From: an uncultured Bacteroidales bacterium
GTDB taxonomy: Bacteria > Bacteroidota > Bacteroidia > Bacteroidales > PUMT01
Length of the DNA: 64,000 nt
Direction of reading: 5' to 3'
Assembly (NCBI GenBank): GCA_964421595.1
Contig: CAYQXY010000008.1
Location: forward strand, 2,774-66,773
The notes below the pieces were generated by a model that was given only the letters and a program-made list of their open reading frames with translations, was not told the origin of the DNA and ran no database searches. Below, in pieces: positions 40,649 to 49,851 of the stretch. Each line of letters opens with the position of its first letter. The stretch's first letter is position 1. The translations under genes were made by a program, and so were the position numbers.

Positions 40649-41524
40649 CTACTTATCCTGGTAAACCCTGACGTAGTCAACCTCATATTTTACCGGGAAT
40701 TCAGTTCCTGAGGGATCACCCCCGTTGGAGCCAATTGCAAGATTAAGCAGGATATAATGAGGCTGGAGGAAGGGATTGAAACCGTCGGGATTTACTGTTT
40801 CGGCAACCGATACAGAATTCAATAAAACATCGTCAAGATAAAGACTTATCGACTCCTCATCCCAGTCCATTCTCCAGATATGGAACTTATCTGCCCATTC
40901 GGGGTCAGCAGCAATAAAATCTGCGAGCGGGATTTTACGGTCAACCCATTCGGGTGTTCTTTCATCGGCCGACAACCAGGCAAAATTGGCCAGAATTGTA
41001 GGGACTCCCTCAACACGATACAGCTCCATAATATCAATCTCACCATTTGCCGGCCACCTCCTGTCAACACCCAATGTCCATATTGCCGGCCAGTATCCCT
41101 TTACAGTGTCAATTCTGGCCCGTATCTCAAACCTGCCGAATTGCCATTCATGCAGTCCCCTTGTGTTAATGCTTGATGAAGTATATTCTGCATACTCAGC
41201 CGTGCGCCAGTCGTCGCTATCAGGATCGTAACGGGGATTCTCAATTTTCTCCCTTCTTCCTTCAATAACCAGCAGGCCATCTGTCACAGACGCATTATCC
41301 TCCTGATAAAACTGCAATTCCCGGTTTCTTACAAGGCCGTTTTCATATCTCCAGCTGGATGGATCAGGTTTACCATCATTGTTGAACTCTTCGTTCCATA
41401 CTAGTTTCATGCCCGGTAATTCGGCCGGGGGACTATTATCGGGTTTGTAAGGATCAACCTGGTCTTTTTCTGAACACGACATGCATATTATGGCTAACAG
41501 CCCGGCTAGAATAAGGAATCTCAT
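40649..41524 (-). CDS. GH16 glycoside hydrolase, a lipoprotein
   Basis: The GH16 catalytic motif EIDIME occurs in PANGEIDIMEL. LVWNEEFN and WPAIWTLG are also present. Lipobox CMSCSE. Confidence 0.88.
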   Translation of the reverse strand: MRFLILAGLLAIICMSCSEKDQVDPYKPDNSPPAELPGMKLVWNEEFNNDGKPDPSSWRYENGLVRNRELQFYQEDNASVTDGLLVIEGRREKIENPRYDPDSDDWRTAEYAEYTSSSINTRGLHEWQFGRFEIRARIDTVKGYWPAIWTLGVDRRWPANGEIDIMELYRVEGVPTILANFAWLSADERTPEWVDRKIPLADFIAADPEWADKFHIWRMDWDEESISLYLDDVLLNSVSVAETVNPDGFNPFLQPHYILLNLAIGSNGGDPSGTEFPVKYEVDYVRVYQDK

Positions 41525-41539
41525 TATTATGAATTTTAG

Positions 41540-42955
41540 TTATTTTTCCAATTCAAGTTCATCGTTCATCTCCTTCTGAAGGTTTAAAAGATTAATGAAT
41601 AACTCATTTCTTACATCCTCATAATCTGGATTATCTGAAAGATCATTCATCTCCAGGGGGTCATTCTCAAGGTCGAATAGCAATGTCTTATCTGCCTCAG
41701 GATAAACAATGAGTTTGAACCCGTCTTTCCTTATCATTCTTTGAAGGTCCATATAACAACCATAAATAGCATCGTAATATGATTCGGTTCTCTCCCCTCT
41801 TGCCAGATCCATAACACTATTAAAATCAACATATTCTGACTTTTCAATTCCCGCAATTTCAAGTGAAGAGGCCATAATATCCTGGTAATAGATATCGGCA
41901 CTTACTTTATTGTTTCCAGGGATATCAGGACCCGAAACTATAAACGGAACACGAATACTATGATCATACATATTTTGTTTCCCTAAAAGGCCATGCTGGC
42001 CAACTGCCAGTCCGTGATCGGAAGTAAAGAAAATATACGTGTTATCATCTTTACCTGATTTCTCAAGTTCATCCAGTATAATGCCAACCTGCTCATCCAA
42101 ATGGGTGATGATAGCATAATACTCCTGCCGGTTTACCTTTACGGCATATTCCGTACGCGGAAAAGGAGCGAGCCGTTCATCCCGCAGGTTTTCCCCGCTG
42201 CCCATCTCTTCCCTGTAGGGATAACGGGGTTGAAAATTTTCGGGTACCGAAATATTCTCCAGAGGATACATATCAACAAACTCTTTTGGTGACTGTCTGG
42301 GATCATGAGGAGCATTGAAGGCAAGGTACATAAAAAATGGCTTGTCAGACTCCCCGGCGCTATTTATAAATGACACCGCATCTTCAGCCACCACTTCACT
42401 CCAGTGAGTGCCTCCTTCCCAGAAACCTCCCCATTTTTCATCCCAGGGCTGCCATATGGTGTCATTTTCATTTAGCGGACGGTTATACCCTTCGGGAAAG
42501 TCCTCAGGCATTCCCGGCCTCACATTTTTTACATGATCAAAAACATCGAGGGGATCTCTTTTTACATGCCACTTCCCTGTAAAATACGTTTCATAACCTG
42601 CCTGTTGCATAAGATTGCCCCACATGGGACGGGATAATGGTTCATCCTGGTTCCTGTATTCATTTTCATATTGGTACGCATCCCAGATAAATGAACCGGT
42701 AATCAGCATTGCTCTTGATGCAATGCATACAGCCCCGTTCCAGGCACCCATATTATAGGCATGGGTAAATGTTGTACCATTTCTGGCAAGCCTGTCAAGA
42801 TTGGGAGTTTTTACCTCTCCATCCAAATGACCCATTGCCTGGAAGCATTGATCATCGGCAAGGATTAAAATAATATTCGAAGGAGTTATTTCCTTTTCCA
42901 CGGTTGTGCAACCGGATAAAATGGAACTTCCTATTAGCAGATATGAAATTTTCAT
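41540..42955 (-). CDS. S1 sulfatase (Cys-type), with a CxAxR variant of the formylglycine motif
   Basis: PSNIILILADDQ and NGAVCIASRAMLITG, with CIASR encoded at 42727..42713. Lipobox LSGCTT. Confidence 0.85.
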   Translation of the reverse strand: MKISYLLIGSSILSGCTTVEKEITPSNIILILADDQCFQAMGHLDGEVKTPNLDRLARNGTTFTHAYNMGAWNGAVCIASRAMLITGSFIWDAYQYENEYRNQDEPLSRPMWGNLMQQAGYETYFTGKWHVKRDPLDVFDHVKNVRPGMPEDFPEGYNRPLNENDTIWQPWDEKWGGFWEGGTHWSEVVAEDAVSFINSAGESDKPFFMYLAFNAPHDPRQSPKEFVDMYPLENISVPENFQPRYPYREEMGSGENLRDERLAPFPRTEYAVKVNRQEYYAIITHLDEQVGIILDELEKSGKDDNTYIFFTSDHGLAVGQHGLLGKQNMYDHSIRVPFIVSGPDIPGNNKVSADIYYQDIMASSLEIAGIEKSEYVDFNSVMDLARGERTESYYDAIYGCYMDLQRMIRKDGFKLIVYPEADKTLLFDLENDPLEMNDLSDNPDYEDVRNELFINLLNLQKEMNDELELEK

Positions 42956-43176
42956 AAGTTATTGTAAGTTAAAGATAACTGTTATACATCTTTTCGATTC
43001 CAGGAAAAGATATTTATGGTTTAACTGGCACATATTTTCGCTGGTCAACAAAAACCGTTTTTTTTCAAAATAAATGTAAACAAAAAACTATAATATTAAT
43101 TTATGTTTAACATTAATCTTTGTCAGAGATACTATCTTTGAAAAATAAATATTGTAAATCTTTAAAAATACCTCCA

Positions 43177-44286
43177 ATGCGACTAAAGAGAAAAGGGAAT
43201 TCGAAAATATCCATCACCGCAAGGTTATATTCAAAAATCTCTGCTACAGTTTTGATAATTATCATTATATCTTCTGCCTGCGGCTCGAAGTGGGAGATTG
43301 TAAATCCCTACGAAAGTATTGACTGGGAGACTCATACTCAGTACAAGGCCAATTTCCATACCCATACTACCAGGAGTGATGGCAGGCTGAATCCTCATGT
43401 GGTAGTTGACCGATATCATCAGCTTGACTATGATATCCTGGCGATTACAGATCATAATGAGGTTACTTATCCGTGGACCGCTTTCGCGGAATTGACAGCA
43501 AGCCAGACTTCGCATAACCGGATGAATGATGCACCTGAATCAATGCCTGAGAATTTTGACTACGAGAACCGTGATCCGGTTTCATTACAACTGGTAGATA
43601 TCCAGGCCAACGAGTTGTCCAGACACCACCACATGGGTAGTTTTTTTAACGACCACAATGGTACTGAAACTGAGGATGAGTCACTTGCAGCGACAGCAAT
43701 AAAGAATGGAATTACCATGCTATACCACCCGGGCCGTTACCAGGCAAGAAATCCTGAAACTTATAACCTGCAATGGTACGTTGATGCTTACGGAAACTAT
43801 GCCCATCTGTTCGGTCTGGAGGTTTACAATCAGGGCGACCGGTATCCGAACGACCGACATATGTGGGATTCAATTCTAACGGTTATGATGCCCGATCGGC
43901 CTGTCTGGGGATATTCCAACGATGATATGCATACCCAACCTCATATTGGCCGTAACTGGAATCTTTTGGTACTGCCGGAACTTAATCATGACCAGGTCCG
44001 CCAGGGAATGGAGAACGGATTGAGCTTCTTTGTATACGCTCCTCAGGGTCACGATGGACCACGTCCTCCGGTTATTGAGTCAATCATGGTAGATGAAAGA
44101 AGAGGGACCATTGAAATATCTGCAACAGGATACGATTCGGTCACCTGGATCTCCGGAGGAAAAGTTATTCATGAAGGAATCACTATCAATCTCAATGAAC
44201 TTGATAATAGCTATTCGTATGTAAGGGCCAAACTTCACGGACCAGGGGGTACCGTTAAAGGAACCCAGCCCTTTGGCATCAGATAG
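43177..44286 (+). CDS. PHP-domain (polymerase/histidinol-phosphatase-like) metal-dependent hydrolase, a lipoprotein
   Basis: ANFHTHTTRSDGRLNPHVVVDRYHQLDYDILAITDHNE. Lipobox ISSACGS. The listed ORF begins at a TTG at 43120; the ATG at 43177 is preferred. Confidence 0.65.
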   Translation: MRLKRKGNSKISITARLYSKISATVLIIIIISSACGSKWEIVNPYESIDWETHTQYKANFHTHTTRSDGRLNPHVVVDRYHQLDYDILAITDHNEVTYPWTAFAELTASQTSHNRMNDAPESMPENFDYENRDPVSLQLVDIQANELSRHHHMGSFFNDHNGTETEDESLAATAIKNGITMLYHPGRYQARNPETYNLQWYVDAYGNYAHLFGLEVYNQGDRYPNDRHMWDSILTVMMPDRPVWGYSNDDMHTQPHIGRNWNLLVLPELNHDQVRQGMENGLSFFVYAPQGHDGPRPPVIESIMVDERRGTIEISATGYDSVTWISGGKVIHEGITINLNELDNSYSYVRAKLHGPGGTVKGTQPFGIR

Positions 44287-44678
44287 ATTATTTGACAGGG
44301 ATTGTACCATTATTCAAACAGTATTGATGTTACTGCCTGTAACATTACTCATTTTATTATCGTAATAATTATAAAACACCTCCTAAATATCCAATAAACA
44401 AAATCCAAATTCCAAACAGTTATTTAATTGATTATCAATAATAATGTTTCAACATTCAAAGCTATACATATTTTGAAAAAAATATACCCAAAAATAATGA
44501 GTACTGAACAGCATGAAATATATTGAATTAATTGTGATATAATTAAGAGCAATCGAAACTAATGAAAACTTGTGGTAATTATACATAATTAGATAAGATA
44601 CTGAACCATTGTATACAAGCAATATATTAATGATTTATAACCATTTATTTATTTCAATCATTCACAATCACAACGCGT

Positions 44679-45215
44679 ATGAAAAAAATTTTACTGATTG
44701 CCTTAATTATTACAGTTTCAAACGTTTCGAAAGCACAGGTCTTCAATACCGGACAGACACTTAGCCCCGGAACATTTTCAGTGGGAATACAACCAGCAGT
44801 TCTGATTAATGGGAATAGCAATTTTATGCTTTTCCTCCATGGTGGCTATGGCGTTACCAGGGGGATCGATTTTGCTTTAAAGCTGGGTGTATTAGGTAAT
44901 AAAAATTATTTCGGGGCTGACGTTGAATTTGCTTTAGACAGAAATATGTCAGTGTCATTTGGTGCTCACGATTTTGGAGTATTTGGATTGGATGGAACTT
45001 TTTTGATTGATATTCCATTACGAAATGATGTTCGATTATTTACCGGGGCAGATCTGGATATCAATTTCGCAAATGAAACCCAGATTCTATTTTGGCTGCC
45101 TATTGGTATTGAGATCGGCTTAAAAAGCAATATGAACTTTATTTTTGAATCATCAATAGGGTTAACCGACCCTGCCTATAATATAATTGGTGGGGGACTT
45201 AATTTCTACTTCTGA
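44679..45215 (+). CDS. Small signal-peptide protein, possibly an outer-membrane beta-barrel
   Basis: It has a signal peptide ending SKAQ and an alternating hydrophobic pattern rich in Gly and aromatics. The terminal residues are ..GGLNFYF. Confidence 0.4.
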   Translation: MKKILLIALIITVSNVSKAQVFNTGQTLSPGTFSVGIQPAVLINGNSNFMLFLHGGYGVTRGIDFALKLGVLGNKNYFGADVEFALDRNMSVSFGAHDFGVFGLDGTFLIDIPLRNDVRLFTGADLDINFANETQILFWLPIGIEIGLKSNMNFIFESSIGLTDPAYNIIGGGLNFYF

Positions 45216-45236
45216 GTTTAACCTTATTCAGCTTCT

Positions 45237-45266
45237 AATTTGCGGAACTTAAATGTTCCGCAAATT
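45237..45266 (+). terminator. Perfect 12-bp hairpin after the small OMP-like gene
   Basis: aatttgcggaac (45237-45248), loop ttaaat, then gttccgcaaatt (45255-45266). Confidence 0.55.
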
Positions 45267-45587
45267 TCCACTTCATTCTACATTAATTAAATATCTATCA
45301 ATTGAAAATCGATTAAGGCTTAGGAATACACTGAGTAACTGACTCACTCTCACTTAACCATCTATCCAATTTTAGAGCATTTGCAGTTGCAGCCTGGTGC
45401 ACCGCCTTGTCCCTGATTCTTCAGTGTAGCTGAATAATATTTAGCTAAAACAGGATTCAATAAACTGATTCTTCAGCCCCGATCATTGGCAAAATGAACA
45501 ATCAGGCCAGCATACTTATATAAAAGCATCTGTCTTCAATCAGATTCTTTTCTGGTTGGTTCTTATATATTAACCAAAAAAAATACC

Positions 45588-46934
45588 TTAGGAAGGTGCT
45601 GTTCCGGGTACAGGTGGTATCCTTGGTACTTCCTCGTGACTGATAGGGCCCAGGCTATATTCAGGGGGGCCCATTCGCAAATTAGAGACCATCATTTCAT
45701 CCCAGGTAACTTCCCTGCCGGTGTATGCTGACTCACGACCCATAATTGCTGCCATATTTGATTCACAAATTCCTACAACCTGATTGATATAATTATCTGT
45801 ACGGATTGCAGTCACCAGGTGGATATGTTCCTGAACATAGGGACTAATTGCAACACTGTTTCTCGGCTGACCGTCATCGCCCAGAGGATATTCATATTGC
45901 CAGATGATGTTCCCCTGGTGGTCCATTATCTGGTTCCGTGCATTGGTATAACCTTTTGTTCCGAAAATCAGCTCCGATACGTTATTGGAACATCCGTCAA
46001 TCTGCCGGCACATTGCATGAAAATGGCGGCCATCATCAAATTCATAATCTACGCTGAAGTGATCATATTGATTGCCGGTAGGCCTGTGGTGCTTGCCTCC
46101 GAACCCAACTGCTTTTACAGGATGTTTTTCAAAGAACCAGGTTATAATATCAATATTATGAACATGCTGATCGAGGATATGATCACCATTAAGCCAGCTC
46201 CAACTAAAGAAGTCGCGTAACATAGCTTCCATATCCGACCAGCCCGGCTCTGGAAATGTATGTCTTATCAATCCCTGGTTCCAGTAACAATTAGCAGACA
46301 CCAGCTCGCCTATGGCACCATTTTTAACCATCTCAAATGTCTTCACATAATCATGCTGATGACGTCTTTGTGTACCTACAACAACATTCAGCCCTGCTGA
46401 TTCGGCCATTTTGCCTGATGCCATTGCAGAGCGTATTCCAACCGGATCAACCGCAACACACTTTTCGGCAAATACATGTTTGCGGTTTTGTATGGCATAG
46501 CTTAAACTCTCGGCCCGGAAGTGGCTTGGTTCACATAATAGAACAATATCAATGTCCGAGTCAATCACTTTCCTGTAGGAATCAAAACCAAGAAAACAAT
46601 TCTCATCAGGAATTTCCACACCTTTTCTTTCTTTAAGCTGGGCCCGGCAATGGTCCATTTTATCCTGGAGAACATCACCAAGGGCTACTATCTGGAGGTT
46701 AGGGCCCGCATCCAAAAAGTTCATAGATGCACCTGTGCCACGACTTCCACAACCTATCAGTCCGGCTCTTAAAACCGGACCATCAGGGGCCTGTTCGGGA
46801 AATACAGGTGTGGTATATTGTGGTTTCCTATTACAGGATGCTAATGCCCCAACACCGAGGGCTCCTATTGCGCTGATGGCGGCGGCATCGGTAAGAAATT
46901 TACGTCTGCTTAAATTGTTTTTTCTGTTTTCCAT
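45588..46934 (-). CDS. TAT-signal Gfo/Idh/MocA-family NAD-dependent enzyme (GH109-like architecture)
   Basis: It has a twin-arginine signal (NLSRRKFLTDAAAISAIGALGVGALASC) and a Rossmann motif (LRAGLIGCGSRGTGA). At 448 aa it matches the size and layout of GH109-type enzymes. Confidence 0.7.
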   Translation of the reverse strand: MENRKNNLSRRKFLTDAAAISAIGALGVGALASCNRKPQYTTPVFPEQAPDGPVLRAGLIGCGSRGTGASMNFLDAGPNLQIVALGDVLQDKMDHCRAQLKERKGVEIPDENCFLGFDSYRKVIDSDIDIVLLCEPSHFRAESLSYAIQNRKHVFAEKCVAVDPVGIRSAMASGKMAESAGLNVVVGTQRRHQHDYVKTFEMVKNGAIGELVSANCYWNQGLIRHTFPEPGWSDMEAMLRDFFSWSWLNGDHILDQHVHNIDIITWFFEKHPVKAVGFGGKHHRPTGNQYDHFSVDYEFDDGRHFHAMCRQIDGCSNNVSELIFGTKGYTNARNQIMDHQGNIIWQYEYPLGDDGQPRNSVAISPYVQEHIHLVTAIRTDNYINQVVGICESNMAAIMGRESAYTGREVTWDEMMVSNLRMGPPEYSLGPISHEEVPRIPPVPGTAPS

Positions 46935-47242
46935 TTTGTTTATTTGATATTAAAAATAGCCCCCGATTAATCGGACTTTTATCCAGATGGTTAAACAAAC
47001 ATACATTTCTTGATTTAAATTTGCAACAGAAAAGAACAACTGATGTCGAATATTAATCCATTGACCGGGGAATAGTTTTGACAATTACAGCCTGTAGTAC
47101 ATCTATAAAAACGAATTCATATATTTACAAAATCGTCTTAGATTTTCATTAACAGGAATTTGCATCTATCTATCATCAATGTTGTAATGTTTTCTGACTA
47201 ATAAAACAATGCCCATATTCAATTAATTGAGACTTAAAATAA

Positions 47243-49027
47243 TCAAAATATTTTGAAATGCCGGTAGACTGATAGTGGGTGTAATCGATGTTGCGCTATT
47301 AGACATCTATGTTGGGCTCTGGCAGTGGCCCCGGCATTATAATAGGCTTCTATCACCGGAAACATCATTACATCATATTTTACCCTGTCAGTTGGCATCA
47401 GCTCCATGCAACGGTCCAGTACTTCAACTGCAAGCCCAAATTTATTTTCTTCAGTGAAAGCATCAGCAAGTCGGGCAAACTTATGTCTTAATCTAAGTAT
47501 ACTTAAAGTCTGCAGATTATAAAAACAAAGATGTACATCGGGTTCATTCATCCTGCCCCAGGTAAACTTGTTCATGAAATTATCATACATTACACTTGTA
47601 TTGATGCGTCCATACTCAGGAAAATCTCCCTCTGTATGTACTGGCACCAACCTGTATGCAAACCCCTCCATTTGAAAGTAATCTTCCAGTCCCATAACAT
47701 CGGCTGTCCCGCCATTTGTGAAATAAACGGGTCTCTCCCAATTGTTAGAAGCCAGGATATCAAGTATGATCATCTGATCTTTTATCAAATAATTATCTTC
47801 AATATCAATATTTACTGTCGAAACTATTTCATCTCTCAATTCCGGTGGCACAGTGCCATTTTCAATAACCCTGCCGGCATCAACACTTATCCCGATTTTC
47901 CTTGCAGGCAAATAATCGATCATCCTGTTACCCGAAACACGGGCTTTACTCTTATCCCTGTCATCAACACAAAAATCTATCAACTGTCTGGCATCGATTC
48001 GATTTTCTGTTCTTTCCCATATGGGAACCTGATCATTAGTACCGTCAACATGTTTATGCCGTGGTATTGATATTGGAAGCGGCGGCGAATTATTCTTTTT
48101 TCTTTTCATCTGTTCGATGTACCAGTCCGCGTTCAAAAATCCCAGAACTACCACTCTTACATCTGTACGTATTCCTTCAACCTCCTGAGCGTACCATAAG
48201 GGAAAAGTATCATTGTCGCCATGGGTAAAGAGTATTGAATCAGGCTCGGTGCTGTTCAGGTAATTAATGGCAAAGTCCCTTGCCGTAAACCTTCCTGAAC
48301 GATTATGATCATCCAGGTTCTCAGCAGCCATCAGTCCGGGAACAAGAATAAAGGAAATAATGGTACCTGCTATACTGCTGAATATTTTAGGCAGAATCTT
48401 TTGCAACCATTCAATCAGGGCCAGCACTCCCATTCCTATCCAGACAGAAAAGGCCATGAATGAACCTGCATAGGTATAATCCCTTTCCCTCGGCTGCATC
48501 GGATACTGGTTCAGGTAAATTATTATTGCCAGTCCGGTGAAGAAAAAAAGCAGGAGTATAACCGTAAAATCACTTTTACGCTTTCTGTAATGGTAGAACA
48601 TACCGGCTAAACCTACCAACAAAGGCAAACTATAGTAGGTGTTCCGTGCCGGATGGCCGGCAATGTGCTGGGGAAGGTTGATCTGGGGTCCCAACCGCCA
48701 CTCATCAATAAACCGTATACCACTCAACCAGTTACCATCCAGCAGACCTCCATGACCCTGTTTGTCATTCTGTCTTCCAGCGAAGTTCCACATGAAATAC
48801 CTTCCGTACATATGCCAAACCTGGTAACGCAAAAAGAATACTAAGTTTTCCACGAAAGTGGGACGAATTATAAGTTGCTGCTCTCCGTCTATAACAACCC
48901 TGACCTTTCTGCCTTTAATATTGGCCATCTTGAATTTTATAATCAGCATGATGTTGAATGGGAGGTTTTTGAAGATATTGAGGGAGGCGAATTCTTTGAT
49001 GAACAGGTCAGGTACTTCTGGCAACAC
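47243..49027 (-). pseudogene. DUF2723-family membrane protein truncated at both ends
   Basis: The central DUF2723 hallmark is present (PTFVENLVFFLRYQVWHMYGRYFMWNFAGRQNDKQGHG). The N-terminal TM and catalytic region and the C-terminal tail seen in roughly 1000-aa homologues are absent. Homology appears to stop near 48930. Confidence 0.55.
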
Positions 49028-49219
49028 GTTAAGATAATTGCAAGAGATTTCCGGACCTCCATATTTCTAAATGACGAGCAGGTTTACGAAATGACCTTCA
49101 GCGAAGATATTGGCGAAATATCAGGCATAAACTTTAACTTCACCGGAATCGGAATCATAGATTTTGTTAGGTTATACAGCAATGATGACCTTCTGGTCTA
49201 TGGAACAGATTTTAAATAA
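48960..49219 (+). pseudogene. Orphan 3' end of an unidentified plus-strand gene abutting the truncated DUF2723 gene
   Basis: The reading frame (..VKIIARDFRTSIFLNDEQVYEMTFSEDIGEISGINFNFTGIGIIDFVRLYSNDDLLVYGTDFK*) looks like a genuine C-terminus. It has no plausible N-terminal region and overlaps the opposite-strand ORF. Confidence 0.35.
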
Positions 49220-49284
49220 CCGGGGAACTTCTCAAACAGCACATAACGGGTGTGTCATGATTCTTTGAAACCTGGATTAACTTT

Positions 49285-49785
49285 CTACATAGCCTGTACC
49301 CGTACAGGATGGATTGAAGAATGAAAATGTACAATCTTCCAGCCATTAGCCGACTTGACCCAGACTTTAGTGATCACTTCCCTCTTGAACGAAGAGGGAT
49401 CGTCGTCGGCCGGTTCTATATCGATGGTCCTGACGAAATGAACAGCATTCTCAGATAACACAAAAAAGTTATCATTGATTTCAGATGTCGCACCCTCTCC
49501 GCTGAATGGGCGAGGTATCTTTCTACAGAACTCAAGGAGTTCCAGTGTATCGACCAGCCTTCCCATCCTGTAAATGGTGGCTTCATCATCATAAAACGAA
49601 ATAACTGTTTCGCAATCCCCTTCGATGAAAGCTTTCTGCTCCAGTTGATGCTGTTCCCGTATTTCTGCCAGAACCATTGCTTTGATTTCATCCGTAACCA
49701 ATTGCGCCTGGCATATATCTGGTAGTGTGATCACTGAGATCAGGTATAAAATAATCAAATTGGAACGTGTTGTGAGTGTTTTCAT
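49285..49785 (-). CDS. NTF2-like (SnoaL/DUF4440-type) secreted protein
   Basis: 166 aa with a signal peptide. The NTF2-like pattern is EQKAFIEGDCETVISFYDDEATIY ... WKIVHFHSS. Confidence 0.6.
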   Translation of the reverse strand: MKTLTTRSNLIILYLISVITLPDICQAQLVTDEIKAMVLAEIREQHQLEQKAFIEGDCETVISFYDDEATIYRMGRLVDTLELLEFCRKIPRPFSGEGATSEINDNFFVLSENAVHFVRTIDIEPADDDPSSFKREVITKVWVKSANGWKIVHFHSSIHPVRVQAM

Positions 49786-49792
49786 AGGATGA

Positions 49793-49800
49793 CAAATTTA
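49793..49800 (-). promoter_or_regulatory. TAAATTTG box (Bacteroidota -7 consensus TAnnTTTG) 7 nt upstream of the ATG
   Basis: The minus strand reads CCCATAAATTTGTCATCCTATGAAAAC. The same block recurs at 59100-59107 and 62082-62089. Confidence 0.45.
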
Positions 49801-49851
49801 TGGGTAAGCATTAAGTTATAACACCATATTTTATGTGTTGCTTTTTTAGCC

